Below, piece after piece: positions 1 to 13,700 of a stretch of DNA of 64,000 nucleotides (its first letter is position 1; every line of letters begins with the position of its first letter). The notes beneath the pieces were generated by a model. That model was not told the DNA's origin and made no database searches. It saw nothing but the letters and a program-made list of their open reading frames with translations. The stretch comes from Hydrolagus affinis. Taxonomy: Eukaryota. The translations under genes were made by a program, and so were the position numbers. The DNA is taken from contig JAAILG010000286.1 of NCBI GenBank assembly GCA_012026655.1, positions 1 to 64,000 of the forward strand. The letters are read 5' to 3'.

Positions 1-350
1 AACATCAGAGTTGTGCAGATTTGGACTAACGTTGAAGTTCTAAATCTTCCTTCTTGTTGCCCACATTTTAAATAACATTTAATCTTGGTTGCAAGGTAGT
101 TGATCATCTGATAGAGAATGCACAAGAAGTTTTTCACCTCTTTGTGATGAAGTGACTGAGTGAACAGGCAGTTCCCTGAATATCTGAGAAACGTTAGAAA
201 TCTGGAATCCTTGCCACTGCACAAGATCAATTGATGACTCAATATTCTGTTCTACTAGTCCACGAAAGGAAGATATGTTAACAGATTGAAAAGGCAAATT
301 TTAGAAATGCACTAATGTTGGGCAACAAACAAGCTACCCAGTTTGCTCCA

Positions 351-432
351 AAACAACAACAAAATTCCACTTGTATAGCGCCTTTCACGTCAGGAGGATG
401 TCCCAAGGCGCTGGACAGTCATTGTTTCAGAC
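351..432 (-). repeat. Short L2 tail-only copy (others at about 8385-8447-, 10388-10456+, 11925-11980-, 12739-12803-, 16308-16372-, 21494-21566+, 34128-34190+, 59505-59565+)
   Basis: Recurrent 55-80 nt motif gtccagcgccttgggacgtcctcccgacgtgaaaggcgctctataaatgtaatt(ttg)n in both orientations. Confidence 0.8.
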
Positions 433-3400
433 TCTATTTTTTCTTTAAAAAAAAGTCAATCCAGTATTGCAGAAACAAAACAATTCTGAGCAGTATGTTT
501 AATCATATGTATATATGAACGTTTACACAATTGTAATAGGAAAATTGTAACTTAAAAATGAACATTTTTTGATAACGAAGATGGCATTTTGACAGCCAAA
601 GTCAATGAATTTACAAACATGAATGCTGAAATACAAGCTGTATGCAGTTTTAGCTGTTGATTATAAACATTCACAGTAATTGTTTAATGGGTTAACAGAT
701 GAAAGGTATACATACAATGTATGTTAGTTGCAGAAGAGTAACATTAGAATGATTAAATAATCCCAGCTAATTTGGATGTGTAACTGACCATAATTCTCAC
801 AGTAAAGTGAAGTAATTGTAAAGTGCTTTTTACAGTGCAGTTTTGCAAGCAATAATGGGAAACAATCTTACAGTGAAATGGAATGTGCAGTTTGATATGT
901 CGAATAACCACCTTAAGTCAGCCATGACAATCTTTGCATAGGTATTTTGCACATGAGAAACCCTCATAACGCATGAAATAAACTATGAATGTTGGGACAA
1001 TTTGGTTACAAAGTATATTATTTCTTTGCAAATTTCCTTCACTTGGATTACAAAACTATAAAAATAAAATATCCACAAGTCCAAGATTAATTATCTGCCC
1101 TTTAATTGCCGCAATAATTTACAACTTAAAATTTATATTTACAGGTCAACTTATTTGGGAAGATATGTAATCAGTTACAATAATCACTGACATAATTCTG
1201 TACTTTCTTCCAAAACACCTCCAAAAAAAATTGGGACACAGGATGAACAAATAAAATGATTGTGAAGACCTATTTTTGTAAGTGTCAGTGGGGGCCCAAG
1301 GAAACTTTCAGAAAACAAAGAAAAAAATCTATATTACAAAATACTCAGTGCTCCATTTCACACAATCTTATAGAATGATTCCTGCGGTGCACACCTAACA
1401 ACCCCTAAACATGCCAAAACAATAATCCACCATCCTCTCCAATTATCTTTGGTTCACAAATAAAGTTAAACATGCAGTAAATCATTTGCTTCGGGAAGTG
1501 GAGAAGTGTTGATCAGTCTACTATGGAGAAAGTTGCAGCTGTAGCGATTTGTGGCACATGCCTTTGCTGAAAGTGGGAGGCAAGAACTCAGCAAATGCTT
1601 TTTGTCCAGCACAAGTCACTATCGTTTTAAAATCCTAACGTGTGGTTTACATTTCATAGTTTCTTGATTGCTACATATTTGGGACATATTTTATCAGCTG
1701 CTGGTTAAATATCAGCCTTGCTCTGTAGACAAATAAAACCTTGCACATGCCAGATAGCATGGTATTCTTTGTATTCACCATGTTGAATATATATATATTT
1801 TTAAAAAGCAACATACATTAGAACTCACTGAAGCTGTATCTATCATACCAGTTATTAGAATATTCTGGTGACCAGAATTAAAATACTAAATTATTATTTT
1901 ATTGAATGGCTGACTAGAATAGTCTTCTAACATTAAAATAATGAGTTTTAATCAAGCTCAACTGAATATCAGAATTAACCAAGGTATTGATGAGAGAGGA
2001 ATCAGCTATGAATTGCTTTTCACTATTTTATGAATAGTCATCCCTGATCAAACTGATAAATAGTACCAACTGTTTAATTTTCCAATGATTGTTTATCAAA
2101 CAATCTATAGTACAGTATTCATGAAACCTGATGCATTTAATGAGTTATTTTCCACACACTTGAGTTTATCTGCTTGGATGATGAGATTACCGTGACAACA
2201 AACATGGGTTATTCTGAAGTGGGGGATAAAGAGGATTGAATTCTGCAATACTTTTGTAGTTTTATACTTTTATGCTAAATACAGGTTTGTTGCTGAATTC
2301 CTCTTATTGTAAAATTCCAATGAAAACTGGAAATGACCTCCTCTCTAACTGTCGAGTACAATATTGTGGAACATGTGTACAATATTATATATTTTTTCTA
2401 AATGAAGCAGACTGTTAACATAATTTAAAGTCACAGCAGGAATTAAAACTTCCCATTATAAATAGAAACTGCAATATCATTAATGTGGTGTTTCTCATGT
2501 TGTACTGCACCAAATCACACGATTCATGTCATGAAAATCCTTCTCATAGGAGTAGAATTAAATTTATAATTTGTTCCTATTACAATAGTTTTGTATTCCA
2601 AACATAATTGGAGCCCTATCCCCATTGTAAACACAAGAAACCTAATCCATCTAAATAGAACCTCAAAACCAGCTGAAACTGCAGCATACAATTCTGTTCT
2701 TAAATATGCTTCAGTATTCTGCTTTTTTACACTCACTTGCAAGCTACCTTTTAGGATCCTTTACCATTTTATACAAATACATGAATAACTATCCTACAGC
2801 TTAACATTATTTTACCAGTGAGGTGGTCTTTTTTTGTAATTTCTTAAGAAACAATGGTTACAGTCTGCATTTTATTAATGTTTTGACATTTAAATGTCCT
2901 GGAATTTTTTTTTAATTCCCAATATAAAAATCAAAACAGTATATATTATAAAAATAAGATCTGCTTTGAAAATTAAAGAGAGCATCACACAGAAGGAAAA
3001 GAAAACCTAGACTGATGTTTTTGCATTATACAAAACATAGTTGGTGAATTAATCATAAGCTGTGCTTTCCACAAATACTTATTTACCATAATTTATTTTA
3101 ACATATCCCATTAATATCATTCAGATAGCACATTTTGATGTGGAATTATTGTGCAAAAGCAGCAAATGAAATATCTTTAATGCATTTAATCAGTCCTCGA
3201 GTGGATAAGCAAAAATAGGTAATCAATATATTCGGTGCTTAATGGAACTTAATTTACTGTTAAAATACTTCTTTGGGATTCAACATTTTTACTTCTACAA
3301 AATGTCAGCTAAAGGAGGCTGAATTCAGCATTTCAGATATACCATGTGCAGTGTTAATCTCACTCACTTGTAATTATGTGCAATTTAAAATGGCTGTGAG

Positions 3401-4761
3401 GACAAATTCAATACACTTAGTGAATATCTCTCTTCCACTCAGGAGGACTAAACCAAGTCATATTTGATTTTCTGAATATCTTGTTTGTCAGCTGTATCAC
3501 TACAGAGATTTTACTCCCGGTCAGTTAATGGGAGTTAATCATTTCATTTTGATTTTCACAATTAATTGCACCAACATGTCTGTAGGTGAGCAAATGCTTC
3601 TGATAAACATGTAATACAAATGCCTTTGGCACTCCAATAACATTTGATCTGGAATTTACAAATAGTAAAACATTACTGTTTGAAAATTGTTAATTACTTA
3701 AAAATATTATCTTTTCATTATTGACACAAATGCACAAAATTTAATTCCAAATTATTTTACTTTACACAAAAATGATCTTAACTTCAGTGTTAGAATGCAA
3801 AGAAGCTTATACTGTTTGTTTGTAGCTCTATTTGATCATAAAAGTGAAATTATGTATGTTTAAAGCTCCATAAGACCACAATTTGCTTTATTGCTTAAAA
3901 CACCACTCAACATAACCTCAATCTGAGACCCCAAATATTCTCCAAATTAATTTAAGCAGAAAGTGACATGTTTTATTTATCTAGCTTTAGAATGAAGGGT
4001 CAGACATGTAAACCTGTGAAGGTCTTCCTGACTACCATCAAGTAATTTTTCTTTTTTAAAAAAAAAACAGAAGTGAATCAACTCGGATATGATTGGGGCA
4101 CCTATCATACTGGCCCAAACTTGCACATATGAAAATGCCTACTGAAAGGGAACCAGAGCAAACTGTACTGCTACAAAGAGAAATCTTCCCTTCTCAAGTT
4201 AAGGTTATATCGGGAACTGTTTTAGAAACACACTAATCTGTGGTTTTACAACCGCAACTTTAGATTTTCTGTAAATATGAAGAGTCAAAGCTACTGCAAC
4301 TGACACTTGTCACATAATGGCTTATTTAGACTGGTCTTCATAAGTTAGCCAGTTTCACTTTGACAAGTTTGTCACAGTCAAGGACCAACCACAAGTAATG
4401 TCAAAAAGAGCACCATCTATATTAACTTGTGTTGGCAAATCCCAATTGGCATTCCCAGTAGTCTATTATAAACTTACACGCTCATAAAAGCGTGAGTGTC
4501 AGTTGCCAGTTGAATTTGCATGTTGACCTTGAGCTCATAACACTGCTGTTATTGGTGGCATTTGCTGCGGCTCAGCCTGATTGCAATTGGCTACAGTATT
4601 AAAAAAGCAAGGTCACAACTGAATGCGAATGGAATCCAACTTCAAACCAAGGTTATTGCCATTTCACTATTACCCTGTTCAGCTAAATTTGCCGAGATTT
4701 ATACGAGCATGTGAGGTGGCAATTATGTTCCCATGTGCCCTCATCATCCTCCGGTTGCACT

Positions 4762-7700
4762 TTACTTGAGCCCGCTGTGAGGTTTCTGAGGCAGCATCTT
4801 AGGCTGGTGTGCTTTCAGCCAGTCTCTACAAATCTTCGGTATCAGATCATCCTCCGCTCTCTCAGCGGCCTCCAACACCTCCTGTATGACTTGTGCTGCT
4901 CGCGGAGGCTCAAACTTCACAGCAACCAGATAAGCTGAGCGGTACTTATTACAAATCATGAAAGCCTTGATCTGTGAAACACAACCACAAGTTTTCAACA
5001 TCAAGTCACAAGGTACATGCTGGAGATCAAGATGATAAATTGTCATTGACTCGAGATTGCAGGGAATTTTCAGATCACACCTGAAGACCGTCCTCTTCGA
5101 CTGTGTTTACGATCACCTCCACCCTCCAACCCCAGCTCAGCTTCAGGCTCCACCACTGCTCTGCCATCACCCAGAGGATTCAATTCAAGATCCTGGTCCT
5201 CACATTCAAAGTCCTCCATGGCTTCACTCCACCCTACCTCTGCAATCTCCTACCTCTGCGACCTCCTGCTAACCTGCCCGCCTCCTCCGCTCAGCAGACT
5301 CCGGCCTGCTCCATGTCCCCTGCCCCACCATTGGCAGGTGAGCCTTCAGGCACTCCGACCCCAACCTCTGGAACTCCATCCTGCAGTCCCTCCACCAAGT
5401 CCCACCTCAAGCCCTCCTCTTCAATGGTCCCATCAGTCACCCCAAATTCCCCCCCACTTTCTTTCCACCTGCCCCGTCCCCAGTTCGGGTCTAAAACAAT
5501 GACTGTCCAGTGCCTTGGGACGTTCTCCTGAAGTGAAAGGTGCTATACAAGTGTAATTTTGTTGTTGTTGTCGTTGTTAAGCACTAAGAGAAGCTATCCC
5601 ACACGAAGTGCACTATCCAAATGCATGTTATTGATGTTGATGAATCGTTTCCACTGACAAAATTTGCATAAATTCTGGTCAAGTGGAAATTGACTTTTTT
5701 TTCTTTCCTACCTTCGCTTTCTAACCCCACCCTTCTTCTAAAGTGAGAATATGTGACAGAGAAAGTAGTTTATGTTGCCCAGATCAACAACCATCCCGAT
5801 TAATCAACCCTCCTTATGACAGTTTGTTGGATGTCTGCCACATTCATCCTACAAAAAGTCACAACATAGCTGTAATTACTGTACTGTGAAACGTGTTGAG
5901 ACATTGATATTATAGGTGTTTATAAAAAAATTTAGTTCCTCCTTACCTTATTTTCATCGCTCTTCATTTCCAAAATCAGTTTTTCCAGTTCTTTAGACTG
6001 TAAAAAGACCAATGCACCAATCAAACCTATTGCTGAGAATACCTTAGTCCACCCAAATCAAAAGAAACTACGCTGAAATTATTCAATTTGTTTTGAATAT
6101 TACTCATTGTAGTTTGGTTTCAGCTAGGAATACTTGGCACTCAGTTGGACTTAGTTGTTTGTTGACCTGGTCAGTCACTCAATTGGTTATATGGTTCATT
6201 AACAAATGATTTTAAAGAATTTGTACCAGATCCAAGATCTGAAATTTGCAATTAATGCAAAAATTCCACATGGTGAATGTCTCTTTAGTGTGATACAACA
6301 TGTGTCTCAGCTAGTTTCCATGATCCGTGAAAACTGTGGAGCAGGAGCAGTGAAGCTAGAGAGGACATTGCCTTGAGTTGAAAACAACAGGTCAATCATA
6401 GCATTGAATGCTGCAGAGTCTCTTCAGAACCAGCACTGAATAATTCAGAACTGGAAGTCTAATGAGTTGGGCTGTCAGCCAAAGCACAAACACAAAGCAT
6501 TTTTTAAAAATGAACTTTTGTCCTGTTTATTCCCCTGCATGTCGAACAAATTGAGGAAATAATTGCGTAGGCATTTCCCTCTTTGTGTGGCTTGCTTCAA
6601 GGCGTGAGGCCAGAAAGAGCTCTGAGACATTACATGAAGCTGATTTAGTTATGCACACACTCTCATGGATTTGCACAGCAAAACTGTGTCCTCTGGTTTG
6701 GTTGTACACTGCATAGATCCATTTATTCCAGATTTAATGTGATTACAACCAAGTTAAAATTTCTGAGAGAATACATTTTCTAACTGAATTACACAACTTT
6801 ACCTTTTAACTGCTGTTACCTGATCCAACATGGTGCCAATCAAGAAAATCTGCTGTTAATCTGATTTGCTTTACAGAACAGCAACTTTTTTTTAAATGAA
6901 GAAATCCACAAAAATAACACCATTACACTGAATTAAATAAGAGATTTTTTCTTAGGATTCAATAACTTAGGATGAATTTTCTGAAACATGTATTCTGAAC
7001 TTCTGAAGACATTTTCCTTAACATTGTAGGTAATCACCACCAGAGGATGCCATTGCTTATTCACCATTCAACCGTGTATACCGAATGAGAAATGTCCTGC
7101 TAGATTCATGCAAGGTTCTCGAAAACACAATCTGAACGCATTAGAACGGGCAAGTAAAAAAACAAAGTGTGATCAGCACTATTGATAAGTCACTCTCCAG
7201 AGACCTGCTGATTGTTCATCAAAAGCAACACTGACACCAGAGGCTGTACTGAGCTCACTTACACTTATTGAACCCATAAATAGCTGGTAGCTGCTGGAGG
7301 GGTCGTGGAAGAGCCATCACACTCTTTTCATGCTCTACATGTACTGTATGTCAACCAGGTTCAAATCCATTATGGGAACCTCAATCAAATGTACCAAATG
7401 TACTTCTTGATCTCTCTGAGACAGTGTCGTCAACCCATGGAACAGCGTAAATCAAGAAATACTAATTTGAGAAAGTGTATTTTTCTCAAAAAAATGGAAA
7501 ATCTCCATGAGCTAGGCTGTCTGCAATTTGTTTTGGTACAAAGTATTCTTTACCATTCCCCTGATCAAAGATTGGTAATCCCTTGACCTGTCATGGTCAA
7601 TTAAATAAATAGTAATCAGCTGGACAGAATTATCTTATTTAGTAAAATAAAACACACACAAAGCTTTGGTTGTGAAATCTCAGTCTGCTCTCACCTGAGA

Positions 7701-10700
7701 AAGCTGCTGGTCACCTCCTTCAATGAAGCGGATGAGGAGATGATCAGTGTCCTCACTGCTGGCCACTCCTGACTCTCGAACACATTTCAACAGCTGTCTG
7801 ATCTGACAGAACTGATGTTCGTATAGAAGGTGTTTCGCAGTTTTGTTATATACAGCAGCTGCATCCAGCTGAAAGTCCTGAGCCAGAAACAATACCCCAC
7901 AAAAATCAGGACAATATATATATATATTTTAAACTGTTTGATGATGCAAGTATCAAGAACACTCACCAGTAGTGCTAGAGATGAGTGTAAATATAAAATA
8001 TATCTATATGACTCAGTGTATATCTCATCACAGGAACTACTCAAATATCATCCTAATATATTATAGTATTTGCATGATGCAAAGTTTTCACATTACCTGT
8101 ATGATTCTGAAGGAGATTCCAAAACCTTCTTCAATATTTTTGCCTCCAAGCAAAACCTATAACAATGGATATGAATTATTCAGTACATTGCAGCCAATTA
8201 ACACACTAATAATAATAATGCTTGCATTTGATATAGCGATTTTCACATCTTATCAACATCTCAAAGTGATTCACAGAATATACTGTAAAGTGAATTGCTG
8301 TATATTTGTGGGCGAAACGCGGAAGCCAGCAGGACAAACTAGTCCTGAATGCACTACTCTTATGCTTTTAATACCAAATGCAATACAAAATTACATTTGG
8401 AAATTGCCTTTCACTTTGGGAGGACGTCCCAAGGCGCTGAACAGTCATGGATTAGGATTGCATGAAAACAAATTTGGCTTGAGAGTCAATACCTTGCATG
8501 CAACAGCCATTTTCATGTTATTATTCCCAAAGAGACTGACAGGGGATCCAGTGATTCTGGACGTTGCCGAGTTTTCACAACGATGCAAGAACTTGGTCAC
8601 TTCAATCTGCAATTCAATTGTGTTGATGTATCTGTGATAAATAAATTGTTGAAGAATTATGCCCAAGCTTAAATGACAAGCACCAAAATGTTGTACAATG
8701 CAGACCTTTCCAGCACCATGCTTCCTGAACCACAACCACAGGTAAAATGCCTCCTGAGATATTAGGGGTTAGGGAAACATGGTACTGGTTGCATCACTTT
8801 AGTGTGTATGTTTTTTAAAAAAAAGTGTACATTTGCTTTTTTTCTACATAAATTCCTTTCAAAAATACTGCAGCTAGTTTATGTCTGTGGCAAGGTGAGC
8901 TTCATCATACAGGTTTAAGGAACCTTTCATTATGAGGAACCCTCAAGCTGACAACCTGCAAAACAGTCCCATAGATGCCATTTACTCACCTTGAAACATC
9001 TGCTGCGGACATTTTCTTACGAAAAGAGTTTATGGTTTTCCTTCGTGCTGACGACCGGCTGGACACTTCCTGAAGATATGTCTTCAGGTGACCCTTGGCT
9101 TCGATCAGCCAGGCTTGCTTAGCCCCCAGAGCACTATATGAGTCTGCTTTATGACTGAAAAATCTAATGCAAGTCATGGCTGACCGCATGTGGTCCTACA
9201 GCAAACAAATAACAGCATGTTACAGCATGTTACTGTGAACAGCCATCGAACAAAAGGCAACAACATGAAAAGGAGCAGCCATGCAAGTCAACTCCTGATT
9301 AATCACCTTCATAAAACGCTGCAAATCATACAAGATGTGGAAGAAACCTCTGGTCTGTAAGTGTTTGCAGGATGCAATGAGGTAGCTGCTCCAACTCTCC
9401 AGACTTGGATCCATGTTTTCCATTAAGTTTTCCAAAAAGTGCAGTTTTCCAGTTTCATAACTTGATACAAAAATCCCATCTATGAACACCTCATCGGGGC
9501 ACTCCTATAAGTGAAAAATACATGTCATCCAAAACGTAGTTTAGTAAGTGCATCGATCTGTATTTGTTTTCTACAACAAACCCCACAAATTGCTGTTCTG
9601 AACCAGCAAAGACTAAGATTGTAGAAAAGCCATAACAGTTGAGTAAGGACAAAGCTTACCTTATCCAACAAGTGCTGCAATGCTTCTCTCATGCAGTTAT
9701 GTCTCATATAAAAGCAAATGATGGCCAGGTTAGATCCATATATCTGCAGATAGAACAGGCATTCTTGGTAGAAGACTTTTTGCTTTAACTTTCCTTCCCC
9801 ACTGATTTCCAGGCCAACACCATCGACCTTCAAAGTGGCCTCCAGTTCTCGGAGTGAGGCAAGGATATCATCATCCGGCTGTGTTTTTTTTGAGGGGGGA
9901 AAAACAAACCCAAAATTAAAAAAAACACAAAGGGATCAGTATGAGGAATACATATTCCTCTAACCATTATCTAATGTGTCTAATAAATAGGAAATTGTTT
10001 CTTTAAAAAGTTTGCAAATGTAGAATCCTGCACACAACCCAGGTTGTGCCTCGCAGGCTTGGATATTTGGAAATTCTTTTGTAAATCCATACATGTTTGA
10101 AATGAAAAGTTCAAACTATTTACGTTTTCAGGGTCTTCATGCCTTCCATTTATGACTCCACATCCTCCATTCCAACAATGGACTCATTGAGATAATAATA
10201 ATAATCTAATGGGATTTCCCAGAATGTATTTTTTTTTTGATCGATCATTCAAATACACCAATTTGTACTAAATTATTTCTGGGCAGTTAACAGCCCAGGG
10301 CTCTTGGTCAAGGAAAACAGCAGATACATACACTAAGTATCAGAAATACAGTCAACACACTTACAAGCCATACACGTACAAAACGCTGATTGTCCAGCGC
10401 CTTGGGACATCCTCCCGCCATGCAATCTGTTCTACAAATATAATTTTGTTGTTGTTACAAGATTATAGTCTGAAAATACTGGAGCAACAAAGGTTTATTA
10501 CCAGAGTCAGGACGGGTTTAACACAGGTCTCCAGGTGCTGCACTATTTCCTTCAGCAGTGGAGGGCCAAGAGTCAACTGATTTCGATCTAATGGTGGCTT
10601 TAAGCATCGACTGAATTTCTCCCGAGCTGCAGATAAGTTTCCAGCTTTAAGGCCAGCTAAGCCCCAGGCATGCCATACTCCCCCTGGATCCAGTCCGCTC

Positions 10701-13700
10701 TTAGTTGAAACCTGAAGTCAAAAGATTTAGTGTACAAGAAGCTATGCACATCATCTCTACAAAACTGATTGTATCTGTGTTTCTCAAGGTGACTAACGTA
10801 ATATCTCAACGAAGACATTGACAATCCAATTGGAAAGCAAAATAGGTAGAGTGACTGCCATCGTGCTCATGAGCGGGAAGTAAAAGACCACCCAATACTG
10901 AAAGTTCAAGGATGGACTTGATGTGGGGGTTCAATTGACAGGCAAATACTTTCAAAATGTCTCAGACCTGATTTATAAAATGATCAGACCCAGTGGTAAA
11001 AAAGGATTTTACAGCATTTTAATTTCACCTTGATCATCATGTTTTTCCAAGTACTAAACCCCTTTACATACGCCAATTTTTTAAAAGACATGACCACATA
11101 CCTCAACAGCCAGTGCATAATACTCCGTTTCTAAAAGCTTATTTCTTAGTCTGGTTATTGCTGCTGGTTTGAGGATTTGCTCAAGAGAGGGTACTTCCTG
11201 GTAGTTAGCAGCAACGAGAATCTTCACAACATCCACTTTGCTGATGTAACTGTATGAAACCAAAAAAAAAACGTGAATTGAATGGGATGCTTAAGCAAAT
11301 TATCACTTTTAAAATCACTTATTGATGCAAGTTAGAAATATGTTGTGCTGATTTCAATGTGGCAATAAATATGTAAACTTTCTTCCGATCCCCATTTCTG
11401 TTTCCATCGTTTTCTATTATTTCCAGTTTCTTTCCTATTATTCCCACTGTACACCAAGTCTTGAACTAAGAATAAAATGTAAGTCACCTGTCACAAAGTG
11501 CCAAGTCTTGGCTCCTGCCAGCTTTCACAAACATCATCTTTGCACTAAAGAGGAGCTGCTTCATGATGTCCATTAAGAGACAGGCATCCACTTCTGGGTT
11601 AGTTAGTGCTCGTGAAAGCTTGCTGCAGTGATCTATCAGCTGGTGGCCACAAACCATACTATCACTGTGTAGATTGAAGATGGCAATACACAAAGAAGCA
11701 CTGGGAGCCTATAAAGCAATGCAATGTTTTGTGTTAATTTACTGCCATTTAATTTATGTGCACTTCACCATTCATGAAATGTCATCAAGTAAAGAAAACA
11801 AGGCCAACAAAATAAAGAAATTAACACTTACAGCTAAAATTATGTAAAACTATCTAAAATTAACTAAAATTATCCAAAAATAAAAAGCAATCCACTCAAA
11901 GTATCCACTACATCAATATCTGAAAACAACAACAACAAAATTACATATGTATAGTTCCTTTCACGTCGGGAGGACGTCCCATAAAACCCATAAAGATGTC
12001 ATCGTTCTTTGGCCAGCAGGTAAAGAATCGAAGGTGTGATTTAAAACAAGTTAAATTTGTTCTTATGTAATAGGATTAGTAACCAAATGTGCAACTTGAC
12101 ATTTCAGCATTTTAAGCATGCTTCAAATTGCTTCACTCTGTGTTATTTTAAAGTGCAGTGACAGTTCAGTTGGTAAACCTGGCACTTAATCTGTGTCAAC
12201 AATATCCTGCAAGCAGGAATCAAATAAATAATCAAATGTGCACATGGGACACCAGAGAACTCCATACTACTCTAACAAATAGAAGGACCAGATTGGATCT
12301 CTGTTTAACACATCTGAAGTTAGATAGCTCTAACAATCCAGCATTTCCTCAGTCTTGCATTAGAGTGGCAGTATAGATTGTGAACCACAGCACTCACAAC
12401 ATTTCAAGAAGAGTACTACCAACTGAACCAAAATTGATGCATGTAGTTAATAGTCAAATATTCATGGAAAGTTTAACAGCAGCATCATTATCATAAAGTA
12501 ATATGCAGCACCAGGCTAACGTTGGGGCTGAACCTCATTCAATAAAGTAGCAGGTTTCTTACCTGTTCATAGAAAAACTCACTGCGTTCATTCTCATTAT
12601 CACTTTCATTCAGAGTTAAACACCAAGGGTTCTCTGCCACCAGTGGATTCTGCAAAGCTGCTGCAAAATCTAAACCATCGTCATTGCCGCTCACAGCATC
12701 TAGTACAAATTAGCAGAGTTACACATACGCGCACACATCAACAACAGAATTACATCTTTAAGAGCGCCTTTCACGTTGGGAGGATGTCCCAAGACGCTGA
12801 CACACACAGTAATCTAATTGAACTGCGGAAACAAATCACAAAAGGTTTATTCAATCGTTTTCCTCACAAAATGATCCAAACAGCTGGTACCGCTCACCTT
12901 CGCCTTGGTCTGGGTTTCCCTCCCTTTCCCTGTAGGGAAACATAAATATGTTAGAAGCAGCATTTATCATCATAAAATAATATCCCTGTGTGCCACCCTT
13001 TCACCATTCACAGCATGTTCAAACCTATTCCCAGCCCAACAGTACCCATACTTATGAGTAAGTAGGTGAACAAGTATTTGTGCGCATTGGGTCCCCACTA
13101 GTGTGGGGACGTTATGCCACCCAGAGTTGTTCCCTGGAATCCACACACTATTTTTGAAACACACACCAGGCTCTATGTGATCCTTGGCTCAATCACAGTC
13201 AAGCAGAAGCCTGGTTCTTCTCCTCAAACCTGTGCAAATATCTTAATCTATCTAAAAGAATCACACTGTTATCTTGACAGCTCCTTACTTCTTATAATAG
13301 CTGTAGCACTGGTCACAAACTCGTGCAGGGTTCTCTCTACAGTCTTCGACCACCATTTTGTTGCTTGAACAAGAATTGCAAACAACACGACCACACCGTC
13401 TGCAGTGATGCCGCCGATTGAACTGGTCAAGAAGTCAAAAAATCGACATATTAATGTACAATACAATGTCTAAAACTGCCAGACATGAGTATAAAGGCCC
13501 AACACACTTGGGTGCAGCTTTCATGATTTGAAGGTTTGCATATTGGTTCATTGACCACTGAAAAATGAGCCACTGCAGTAACAAACACAATAAAATATTT
13601 CATTCTCATTATTGTTAGAATATAAATCTTTTTTTTTACAATGAGTGTGAGCAGATATTTGCATTCTACCAGAAGAAAAAAACATTACGTTCAGTCAGAG

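Noticed and set aside
5103-5531. 142-aa ORF as a standalone gene
   Set aside because: It is a frameshifted L2 ORF2 remnant inside the last ZFYVE26 intron.
7263-7283. 21-nt in-frame cassette micro-exon candidate (LFMGSIS) in ZFYVE26 intron 40
   Set aside because: The donor GTAAGT is good, but two upstream AGs would be preferred and give frameshifts; there is no homology support.
7972-8637. 221-aa plus-strand ORF
   Set aside because: It is antisense to two real ZFYVE26 exons, runs through SINE and L2 tails, and contains no recognisable protein motif.
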